NCBI GenBank assembly: GCA_965285935.1
Contig: OZ260663.1
Span: 55,986,001 to 56,050,000, forward strand
From: Ophelia neglecta
Taxonomy: Eukaryota
Length of the DNA stretch: 64,000 bases
Reading direction: 5' to 3'
The notes beneath the pieces are model-generated. The model had not been told where the DNA came from, searched no databases, and saw only the letters and a list, made by a program, of their open reading frames with translations. Below, piece after piece: positions 54,501 through 63,914 of the stretch (positions are counted from its first letter, which is position 1; each line of letters starts with the position of its first letter). The position numbers and the translations under genes are program-made.

Positions 54501-57500
54501 CCGATGGTTCCTTTAGACAATTTCCCCTCGAGGCTAAATTTGGTTTGAAAACTCCTTTCCCTGCTGCACGCGACGTTAACGCTTTTGTCAGTCACAGCGG
54601 AGACGCCGAAGCCTTCCAGACCCTTGTTGAGGGAAATGTCAACAACCAGAAGGCTGAGGCCAAGGCCATCTTTACCCGCCAACCCATGCAGGCAAGCTTT
54701 ACTATGAAAACTCCATTTGATTACGCTCGTGATATCCAAGCCACTGTTAAACACGAGGGAGACATGAGTGGGTTCGAAACCAAAGCTGTTGTTGGCAATG
54801 AAAAAGGCAAGTTTGAAATTCTTGCAAATGCTCAACGTCGACCACTCGGTGCCAAGCTAACCATCAACACACCAATCCAAGGCTATGAGCAAATGGGACT
54901 AGAACTGAGCCACAAGGGCACTATGAACAAAGCTTTCCGCTCCCAGGCATCTGTCAACTACCAAGCGGGTAAAACTATATCCCTTGAGGCCCAATACAAG
55001 AACCTTGGCCGCCTTGTCGGTAATGTCCAGCTCACAACCCCATTCAGAGGCTACGAATCTATTGGTGCCAGCGTGCGCCATGACGGTGACATGGACGGTC
55101 TTAGATCTAAAGCTGAACTAACCTTTGGAAGTAAAACCCTCTCTGGAGATGTTGACCTGAAATTTCAGCCTAACGTTCAAGGCACCGTTCAACTGAAATC
55201 ACCGTTATCTGGACTGGAAGAAGTGAACATCAATGTTCATCATAAGCTAGACGCAAGCTCAGTTGACTCGAAGGTCTCCTTGTCTACCCCAAGTGGCGAA
55301 ATCAACGTAGCAGTGAACGGACAGTACACTAATCTCTTGGATATGAGCGGCTCTATGTCTGTATCGTCCCCTATCAAGTCAGTTTCCGTCAGTGGCAAAA
55401 CCCATGGCAGCCCCAGCAACATTCGCGCTGAGATTCAGGCCACAAGCGATGGTAAGGTGATGTCAATGAGTGCTGATGTACAGACCACACAGGGCCTGAA
55501 AGTCAATGTGGTCGTCAACACATCCTTCGCCGGGTATGAGGAGCTGACCTTTAACCTCGACCACCAGGGAACCATTGGCCAGTTTGAGACTTCTGCTGCT
55601 CTGAAGAACGGCCGCAGAGCAATCACCGCCAGTGCTCAGATACAGACTGACAGACAGATAGTCTTCTCGGCCAATGTACAGACTCCATTCCGTTCCTTGT
55701 CCCAGGCTAGCGTCAGTCTCAACCATGCTGGCAGCATCCAACGATTCAGAACAAATGTCCGCTTTACATGCAACAATCAAAAGCCCATGACAGCCGGTGT
55801 TACTTTTGTGAATGATCGCCAATTCCAAATGAATTTCGACCTCAGCTGCCCATACGTCGAGGGCGTCTCTCTTACCATGAACCACGAAGGTCTCATTAGC
55901 CGCTTCAACTCCCAAGCATCATTAAAGAATGGCCGGGACGAGTCCACCGTCAAGGTAGATTTCCAAATGGTTGAAGGAGTGACCCTAAAGACCGAAATCA
56001 CCTCACCCTACATGGAAGCTCCAATCAACGTCGAGCTGACTCACGAAGGCAACATGAATGCTTTCACTACCAAGGCTTCGGCTAATGCCATCAGGGCTGA
56101 CGTCACATGGACCAGCAACAACAACTATTTAAGCCTTAAGGCCGGCATTGAATCTCCAGCCTTTGAGAGGATTGATACCGTGTTCACGTTGAACGGAAAC
56201 ATGGCTAATTTGCAGGCCAATGCCGACATATCATATTCACGTAATCAGAAGATCTCCACCAATATAGTTTACAACAGCAACAATGGTATACCTGTAATTG
56301 TTGAGGCTACATTCACTAGCCCCTTCAAAAATGCAGAAAATCTTGCTCTAGACCTGAAGAATACAATTAGCTACGGAAAATTCAGTTCCCGTGGAAGTTT
56401 CAGCTGGGCAACCCGCCAGGCCATCAACATTCAAACGGTCGGCAGGTATGCTGGTTCACTAACGGACCTAAGCATCAGTGGCTTCCTGAAGGTCAAGACG
56501 CCGTTTACTGCTGTCCGGTCCATGGTACTCAACCTGAACCATGCCCACCGTGCCAATAGTCTAACAAGCAAGATTGACATGGGCGTTAATGGACAGGATA
56601 TCCTGGATGCTGAAGTCCAGCTAAGTCCAAGCAGCGGCAGCCTCATCTCCCGTCAGCCCCATCCCGCTACAGCCAGCTATGAAGTGCAAGGTGACAATTC
56701 CAACATCGCAGTCAACTGGAATACGGCAAGCCGAGACAGCAACATTCGCATGGAGGTAACAAACAAGGACGAAAGCTCTTACTACCGGACCAATCGAGTC
56801 CTAGCTGTACGTACCATCACTCCCACTAGGACTATGTCATTGAGCGCCGATCTTGACTGGAGCAAGCAGACTTTCATCCAGAAAACCGCTTTGATATGGG
56901 ATGCCAGCCAGGAGAGAGAGTTCTCTTATGAGATCAACCTGAACGACCGCTCCCGTCGAGGGCAGAATATCTGCGATGGGAGTGTCCGTCTCAACACCCC
57001 AGTGCGCAGCTTCGAGGTACAGGGTTCACACAATGACGACTCCAGGACCTTCACCACCAAGGCCACCTTGAAGTGGGATGCCGCCCGTGATGAGACAAGG
57101 ATGTTGACTCTGTCAAACACCTACCAGACCATCGGCAATGAGCATGTCGCCCAGATCACCATCGCTCACCCATCTCTAAACAAGGTAAATAAATACTGTT
57201 CTATTAAAAAATAAGATAAAATCTTCAATGGTATATCCGTGTTTGCAATTGAAAAATGTTTCAATAAGTTACTATAACTACATTCATAAATTGTGCATGT
57301 TAATATAAACAGCCACATTACGTGCAAGCTTATGGGAAAAATGTATGCTATTTTCTGCAGGACATATCTCTTCGTAACTCGTTCACCCTGAACGACGATA
57401 AAATTATGTTTTCCGGACGTACCGAGATCGAATACAGCGACAACGCCGACGAAACAATTGTCCTAAGCGCAAATGTGGAGAACAAGGACTCAAACTACAC

Positions 57501-60500
57501 TATGACGCTGAATATTGCCCATCCTGTTAACGCCATCGATGTAGGCATCATAGGTAACGGGGCCAACACCCGTGATGTTATGACCGCAGGACTGAACATG
57601 CGCTATATGAATGCCCGCCGACAGACCGAAATGTACCGCCTCCTCGGCCAGATCGAAAAACTAAGGAAAAGCTTGAAAATGGAGGTAGGCCTATTAACCA
57701 TCAGTGCTAAAGACCGAACAGCAAGAGCCTAAGTCATTTCTTCAGAAAAAAATGCATCCTTTTGCTTCAATGTGATTAATTTGCATTGGTATCGAGCATT
57801 CATTAATGTACAGTAATTCATAACATATATTTCAGGCCACAATTAAAAAAACGCAATCAAATTATAGGCCTAAAATTTACTCCTTATACTATGTAGCTGG
57901 ACAGTCCCATGAAGAAACTGGAGGTTTTCGGAAAAGTAACGCCTACTTCGGATGGATACTCCGGAAACTTGGTCGCCAAAGAAGACAATGAAGAGAAAAT
58001 GAGCGCAACAATAAACGTTGGAAAGAATTCAATGAACCTCGAGGCCCATCTAAACCCTGGTGAGCCTAATACCCACTGGTCATATCCATAGCATACCGAC
58101 AGGGGGTGTTATATAATTGTTTGAATAGGCTATAACGAAGTATTTCCGATGATGCCATGCATATCAAATGAAATCAATATTTTCCAATTCGTTATAATTA
58201 TTATGTTCGTATTGCCAAATTAACAAATTTGGCATATGGTCTTGTAAAATTAATCCCTAGATTTTTAAAAAGGCGGAAAACATTTACTTTAGAACAATTG
58301 ATGAATCAATACGTCCATACAAATACAAATACTATATTAGTGTCTCATCCCGCCCACAGAGAAGCCAGAGAATCTGTTGCACATCAGTGGAGAATATCAG
58401 AGCCCAGTCAACATGAAAATGGATGTCTACCGCCATATTGATGGCAGCCCTATCTCCGACACCAATGTGGCCTTTGATCTGAAGAACCGCCGTCTGCTGC
58501 ATTCCCGTGTCTACCTTCGTCCAGGTATGACCGATGACGTGCTAGCCAGTGCTGCCGACACGGCTTTCCGTGCCAACCGTAAGCTAGCGCTGGTGTGGGA
58601 GCAGGCCAGCAATAAGGTCCAGGAAGAATACCGCCAGAAAGCCTACATCATCCAGAGGAACCTGCCAAACATGACCCCAGTCACTGATTACCTAACCGCA
58701 GAGGCTGCCAGCTTCCGCCGGGACGCCCAGGCTATCGAGCGCGCTTGGACTAGAATGTACTACAACAATGAATTCTACGTGAGAAGCATCGAGTCCGCGG
58801 CGAAGAGCACAGCAGAGGCGCTTAGTGAATTCTGTGCCCAACAAATGGGCAAGATCAGAACGTGTCTGCAGCGAGTAGCCACGACCATGTCCGAGAAGAC
58901 AGCCGCAATCCGATTATGGTGCGCTGAGATATGTAATAATCTCACCGCCAATGCCCTTCTAATGTCTCAAGCGGTCTCTGACCAGGCTGCTGTCGTCTAT
59001 GAGACAATGATGGGCCAATACGCCGTGGTCAACCACGCCTTCCTCATCAAATATAACTCTGCACAGGCATGGGCCAAGAACCAGACCGACATTATGAAGG
59101 TGAAGGCCGTAGCAGCTCTGGAGAGAGCCATGGAGGTGATTGCACCCTATGCTGAAGCCTATATCCGCTACTACAACCACGCCACGAAGTGGATCAACGC
59201 AAACAAGGAGAGGATCGCACAGAAGGCCGAAGGTGAGCATAGTCTTCTTAGAATGAGAAGACCGAAGAGTTTTCGAAATCAAATAAAACAATAATGGAAA
59301 ATCAAATGATATTGATTAAGATCGTTTCTTTTACTATATAATGACAAAAACCATTACCCTACAGAGCTGGCCGCTAAAATCCCATATGAGAAGATCGAGG
59401 CCGTTCTGGAGTATGCCTCCAGACGTCTGTCCCAGATTCAGATTCTCGCCGAGACTGCTTTCCAGCAGTACCTAAAAGTATACGGTGGCTTCCTGGAAAA
59501 AATCTCCGAATACGACTTCCTCAGACCCATCTACAATGTTCACCTAGAGGTGAGACCTAAATCTAGTTTAAACAAAACATCTATTAAAACTCAATAAATG
59601 CCTTATAAGTGGAAGGAAATAGCATCGTTGCTGTACAGCTGTACGACCGCATTTATATTTAGCTAAGGTGAACGACGAATGTATATATAATGGCCAGCTC
59701 GGAGCCATTTGTTTTTTTTACAGACGCCAGAATCGTTTGCCGTAATGGTGATATCGTTTTCCTTGATTAATTTCCCGATTTCAAAATTTATCATTAATTG
59801 ATTTTTTCCTTGAAGGTTGTTGAGAAAGTAGAAGGTTTGCTGGCTGCTCTCCAAGCCGCCTCCGATCGGCCCGTTCAGACCGCCAGATTAGTCCTGATCC
59901 GTAGCACTCGCATTGCAAGCCAAATCTCGGCCGAAATCATGGCAAACATTAACCAGGAGTACGTGGCCAACTTCGCCCAGGATATCATTGACAAGGTAAT
60001 GACATTTCTTTCACCAAGCAATAAGTCTTAAACTATGTTCTGCAAGGAGTTGACGTCATGGAAGTGTTATATTATAAGGTCATTGGGCATGCCGCTTCAT
60101 TCCGCTTAAACTTGTGTGTATGTATCGTAAATAAAAAAAGTATTATAATTCCCATCATCTTGCTTAACAGTACTATTTGAAACACACACTAGCTTAATGT
60201 TCCATAAACGTACCTGTTTGGTATCCTCGACAGACTCGCTGGGCTTACAACCACTACGAGATCGAGAAGAATGTACTCGGTGCCGTCAAAGGTTTGGCCA
60301 GCTCCGGCGTCCGATTCGTCAAGGACAACGCCTTTTACCTGGTCAACGACTACCTCGGCCTGGAGAAGGACCGCCTGATAGCGTACAACCCCAGAGGAGG
60401 AGAGCTTGAGTTTGAGCTTTACGTGCCCACCGACCTTCCCAGTCTAACTCATGTTCCCGTGGAGGGAGTAACTGGTCTCTACAACAGTCTAAAGAAGGCA

Positions 60501-63471
60501 GCCGGTGAACTGAAAGCGGCCATAACAGCCCCCACTGACTTCAACATGTGGGACATGTACTATCAGTACAAACCAGACTCCAACCCCGCTAACTGGGTCC
60601 CACCATTCTCCGGTAATCAACCAGAATCATGTCATGCAGAGGCCTAATGTGTTCTCAATTAAATATAACCCCGCTCTTACTGCATAGCTATGCAATCAAT
60701 TCAAATGCCTTCTCATTTTATCACCAATGTGTTGACACGTCACCTAGACTAGGTTTTGACAATGTTTGGTTTTAATTCTGCAGTTTGCGATAATCTTTAA
60801 AGTCATTTGCCCTTTTTTTAATATTAGCTTACGCTGCTATATCCGGCGATCAACATATTATGACTTTCGACAAGAAATTCTACGAATTTGCTGGAAGCTG
60901 CAGCTATGTGTTGGCCAGCGACTTTATTGACGGCAACTTTAGTGTTATCGCCAACTTCAAGAACGGAGCAAGGTAAGACATCCCAGTCTTTGATGGCAAT
61001 ATTCTGTGAGAAAAAAGAATACAATAGGGCCTATAGACTTATGGTCCTTGGTGTTAATTTTAACATACATCCGGGTCTACGTTTAGGGTGGCCTCTATAT
61101 GGCAAATCTCTACATATAGAGATGGTTTAAACATTAAAACATTAAACAACTACATAGAGTTGACACCTATCCGATCGATTTCCAATTTTTGAGAGAACTA
61201 TCATTATATTGAAAGCAATGGTCTTTCAGAAAGTCGATCACCGTTGTGAGCAACGACCAAGATATTGAGATAGGAGCTGACGTGAATGTGAACGGGGAAG
61301 ATACCGAGCTGCCATACGAGTACCTCAATACCACAGTCCTCCGCTCCGGTGACGTCATCCGTCTGGACAACACCAAAGGACTTACTGTTATCTGTGACCT
61401 CCAGCAAGACTTCTGTTCAGTGGCCATTTCTGGGTGGTACTTCGGCAAGACCGCTGGCCTGATGGGAACCTTCAACAACGAACCCAGCGATGACTTCATG
61501 ACCTCCGATCGCCAACTGACCTCCAGCGTGGAGGTGTTTGCTCAGTCTTGGGCTGTGGGCAATTGCCGTGATCGTACCAACTATGCCGTTGAGGCAGAAC
61601 TTCTCGGCGTCGAGGGCACCGAATGCAGCAAGTTCTTCATGCAGCGTGGTTCCACTCTGAGAAACTGCTTCAAGGTTGTCCGACCAGAGCCTTTCTTCCG
61701 TATGTGTTCTGCCGCCGAACGCCGTAGGGCCCCTGGTGCAGAGTGCAAGGTCGCTGGCTTCTACCGTGCCGTATGTGCCCGTGCAGGAGTGGAAGTGGAT
61801 ATGCCAGCACGTTGCTCTCGCTGTGACAAACCTGGCACGGGAGAGTTCGCCGGTGAGGAGATGCTAACCTTGACCAGACCGCCCCAGTCAGCCGATGTTG
61901 TCTTTGTAGTTGAGGAGAAGCCCTGTAACGCGGATGCAGTCAGCCGTCTATCAAGCCTGGGTAACAAGATTGACATTGAACTACACAATCTTGGCCTAAA
62001 AAACAACCACTTTGGTTTGGTTGGTTTTGGTGGCGCTGGTATTCATGCCAATGTACACAGCCACACGGTCGGAGGACATCTCTTGGACGACAGCCGCATT
62101 AGACAGGCCGTATTGAGCCTCCAGCTGGAGGGCGAGGGAGAAAGCGACGCCTTTTCAGCCGTAAAATTCGCAGCTGCCTATCCTTTCCGTGCCGGAGTAT
62201 CCAAAACCATTGTCCTAGTAACCTGTGGTACCTGCCAGGAAGTCGAAACCAGTTATGACGACTTGGAAGAAATCCTGGATGACTTGTCCATCACCCTGCA
62301 TGTCCTTACAGAGCATGACTTCCAGATGGAGGGAAACTCGCAGTCCCCAAAGACAAACTATCTTTTTGGTGTGTATAATACCTAATCATTATCTATATCG
62401 ATGGTATCATCGATTCATAAAACGTAAGCATATGACTTTCGATCAGCATGATGATACTTTGCTTTTACCAACAGGTGTTGATGCACAGACTGCCTTCACT
62501 GTGCGCCACGTCAGCGACAAGGAATTGGCCGGAGATCCAGCACTGTTCGCCAAGCTTGCTGAGCCCGAGTCTACCTGCTCTGATATGGCACAGGAAACCG
62601 GTGGTTCCTTCTTCAATATAAAGAAACTGACTGAAGGACGTGTGAGATTCCAGAAGAGTTTTGCTGACATTTTCAGCCGCCGCGTTGCCAAGACGGCAGT
62701 ACCAGCCTCCTGCCAGGTGTGTGAGTGCCAGGCTCAGAAGAACGGGGTCGGCATGTCGGTGTGCAGGCCATGCATCGAAGACAACCCCGCCAAACAGGTT
62801 AGTTGGCCAGGTTTCAATTCATACTAACACCAGGCGAATCAAGAACCAATCATTCCGTGTTGACACCCACTGATTGCTTCTGTTAGTGCAAATTTAAATT
62901 GACCATTCATTGTTCAGCATTTGCTACTTTTTAGCTTTTTCTTGACAAGCTATATTCGAGCTATTTCTTTAACGTGTTGTTTTTGCTGCGTGATTATTCT
63001 TCACAGTTTATGGAATAAAATACTGTGAATATATTATCATAAGAGATGTCAATATAACTACATTATGTTACAGGTGATGCTTGAGAGCAAGCTGGTCGTC
63101 CCCAATGAGGATAACACCGCGCCAGGCCGCAAAGTGAAGAAGACCAGAGCTCTGAGACTAAGGAAGACCAAGGTTTGTACCTTTTTTTTAATTGCAACCC
63201 AGCTTTGAACGTATTTTGCCAAATATAATACTATATGCGTAAACATTTTTGTGATTAATGGTATAGATTTATTTTCGAACCAATCGATTAAAAACATAGA
63301 TAGGCTAATGCCTATTCAAATTTGTCCGATCGCTCCAAATCTTGATGATATATGGAATTATTTTCTGAAGATATAAAAGAATTGTAAATATCATTGGCCA
63401 TATGTGGTAAAACAATTCTTGGTTTTCATTCTACCTATACTTCTACATTTCAGAGAGCAAGGAGCTCGTGA
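36462..63471 (+). CDS. apolpp: Giant apolipophorin / apoB-like large lipid transfer protein precursor (30 exons, 5,871 aa)
   Basis: Phase-consistent exons: 36462-36525, 37317-37361, 37972-38135, 39529-39635, 40684-40825, 41127-41279, 41532-41730, 42025-42274, 42390-42555, 42719-42877, 43104-43250, 43396-44312, 44562-44744, 45055-45322, 45519-45684, 45981-46238, 46494-46728, 46860-47073, 47234-57184, 57361-57684, 57897-58059, 58360-59232, 59365-59549, 59816-59995, 60234-60612, 60828-60972, 61230-62368, 62475-62797, 63074-63172, 63454-63471 (total 17,616 nt). LLT motifs NIKRGVLSAVQ, ETDVAGDC, LKALGNIG, DSEVRIAAYL, NQVGSFV, SFVPRSA; C-terminal vWD HIMTFD...CSYVL. The symbol denotes the family; exact orthology is untested. 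Confidence 0.92.
37317..37361 (+). CDS. apolpp: Apolipophorin exon 2 (45-nt micro-exon)
   Basis: ttacag| GPVNVQEATCAKECR |gtatga; phase 1-1. Confidence 0.78.
37972..38135 (+). CDS. apolpp: Apolipophorin exon 3, start of vitellogenin-N domain
   Basis: LNYEVGKTYVYQYEADS...PCELVLS. Confidence 0.92.
39529..39635 (+). CDS. apolpp: Apolipophorin exon 4
   Basis: LRDVTLENSDP...DFKNALESRPL(R). Confidence 0.9.
40684..40825 (+). CDS. apolpp: Apolipophorin exon 5
   Basis: FAFQNGRVDAICAADDEQQWTLNIKRGVLSAVQ. Confidence 0.94.
41127..41279 (+). CDS. apolpp: Apolipophorin exon 6
   Basis: TDVAGDCEAEY...KSKNLLGC. Confidence 0.93.
41532..41730 (+). CDS. apolpp: Apolipophorin exon 7
   Basis: DIQSLPLMKSEHSCEQ...CQENHVFRPFSNKGSGA. 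Confidence 0.92.
42025..42274 (+). CDS. apolpp: Apolipophorin exon 8
   Basis: RRTTLTYEHE...PRLFSELVYAMK. Confidence 0.9.
42390..42555 (+). CDS. apolpp: Apolipophorin exon 9
   Basis: RFFHDALP...ADMWLTSLAFIAQPT. Confidence 0.91.
42719..42877 (+). CDS. apolpp: Apolipophorin exon 10
   Basis: PLLNLPKALLSVSSMVHSFC...LGYNCQGDRQT. Confidence 0.9.
43104..43250 (+). CDS. apolpp: Apolipophorin exon 11
   Basis: MLLTLKALGNIG...VRLAAINSFRRLDC. Confidence 0.93.
43396..44312 (+). CDS. apolpp: Apolipophorin exon 12 (end of helical domain, open beta-sheet)
   Basis: DSEVRIAAYL...NQVGSFVWTHL...SFVPRSANLNLT...PTVIGMPLKL. Confidence 0.95.
44562..44744 (+). CDS. apolpp: Apolipophorin exon 13
   Basis: SGAVEISGVMTMDA...PKEKMEILNV(Q). 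Confidence 0.9.
45055..45322 (+). CDS. apolpp: Apolipophorin exon 14
   Basis: LLGVQLCG...PYFPFNGP. Confidence 0.9.
45519..45684 (+). CDS. apolpp: Apolipophorin exon 15
   Basis: FNTPGSQVDRE...RSPWK. Confidence 0.9.
45981..46238 (+). CDS. apolpp: Apolipophorin exon 16
   Basis: Open and phase-consistent; aag acceptor, gtaagc donor. Confidence 0.85.
46494..46728 (+). CDS. apolpp: Apolipophorin exon 17
   Basis: Open and phase-consistent; gtacgt donor. Confidence 0.85.
46860..47073 (+). CDS. apolpp: Apolipophorin exon 18
   Basis: AVQSSQFPDYQF...KIKPL |gtaaga. Confidence 0.87.
47234..57184 (+). CDS. apolpp: Apolipophorin exon 19: giant 9,951-nt exon encoding a repetitive amphipathic beta region
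   Basis: ttccag| acceptor, uninterrupted 3,317 codons, aag|gtaaat donor; roughly 40 recognisable [TS]P[FYWHIL] motifs. Confidence 0.93.
57361..57684 (+). CDS. apolpp: Apolipophorin exon 20
   Basis: DISLRNSFTL...KSLKME |gtaggc. Confidence 0.88.
57897..58059 (+). CDS. apolpp: Apolipophorin exon 21
   Basis: LDSPMKKLEV...HLNP |gtgagc. Confidence 0.85.
58360..59232 (+). CDS. apolpp: Apolipophorin exon 22 (transition from beta to helical region)
   Basis: RLLHSRVYLRP followed by Ala/Glu/Lys-rich helical sequence with YYNNEFYV. Confidence 0.9.
59365..59549 (+). CDS. apolpp: Apolipophorin exon 23
   Basis: ELAAKIPYEKIEAVLEY...VHLE |gtgaga; not in the ORF track. Confidence 0.85.
59816..59995 (+). 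CDS. apolpp: Apolipophorin exon 24
   Basis: VVEKVEGLLAAL...DIIDK |gtaat. Confidence 0.85.
60234..60612 (+). CDS. apolpp: Apolipophorin exon 25
   Basis: TRWAYNHYEIE...NWVPPFS. Confidence 0.9.
60828..60972 (+). CDS. apolpp: Apolipophorin exon 26, vWD start
   Basis: GDQHIMTFDKKFYEFAGSCSYVLASDFIDGNFSV. Confidence 0.94.
61230..62368 (+). CDS. apolpp: Apolipophorin exon 27: vWD, C8 and vWA-like domain
   Basis: GWYFGKTAGLMGTFNNEPSDDF; CFKVVRPEPFFRMC; ADVVFVVEE...FGLVGFG...FRAGVSKTIVLV. Confidence 0.93.
62475..62797 (+). CDS. apolpp: Apolipophorin exon 28
   Basis: GVDAQTAF...CSDMAQETGGSFF...CQVCEC...CRPC. Confidence 0.9.
63074..63172 (+). CDS. apolpp: Apolipophorin exon 29 (basic tail)
   Basis: ttacag| VMLESKLVVPNEDNTAPGRKVKKTRALRLRKTK |gtttgt. 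Confidence 0.72.
63454..63471 (+). CDS. apolpp: Apolipophorin terminal coding exon
   Basis: tttcag| RARSS*; TGA at 63469-63471. Confidence 0.65.
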   Translation, partial: RARSS

Positions 63472-63914
63472 ACTAAGCAGAGAGAACAACTGATGTGAAC
63501 CCCGACGATTTACTACTTTAACCCGACTTACATACACGCACAGTGAAAGAAAAACAAAACAATAAACGTCCTATTTTAACGCTATATATATATAACGCTC
63601 TAATTTATTCACTTATTAATTTAACTTATTAACCACTGCTAAACCGTAGAATATTATCACTTCTAAAAACGGATTGTGCCTACCAATGCATTTACTTGTC
63701 TAGTAATTTATTCGTTGCCTATGTCTCTTTTTTATTATAAATATATATAAACTATTGTGTATTTACAGCACTAGTCATTCTTTAAAAGTGTTCGGACGAT
63801 TTTGTACTACAATGTACCAAATGATCTCCTTAACGTACTACTCATTGCACTGAATTTAATGGATTGAAATGTCAACAGTTATTTTGTTTCATCCTGATGG
63901 TTTCACTGTTAATG

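Noticed and set aside
47705-57120. Many minus-strand ORFs (up to 266 aa) over the giant exon
   Set aside because: Expected antisense shadows of a long, codon-biased coding exon.
47222-57214. 3,330-aa ORF as a stand-alone or horizontally acquired bacterial adhesin or outer-membrane gene
   Set aside because: It has no ATG/signal peptide of its own, is bounded by canonical splice sites in phase with the flanking LLTP exons, and has similar codon style.
36462-63471. Calling the gene vitellogenin
   Set aside because: No polyserine tract, a very long belt region, and apolipophorin-type motifs (FNTPGS, PYFPFNGP, CxxxC N-terminus). A yolk role is still possible, and phylogeny is needed.
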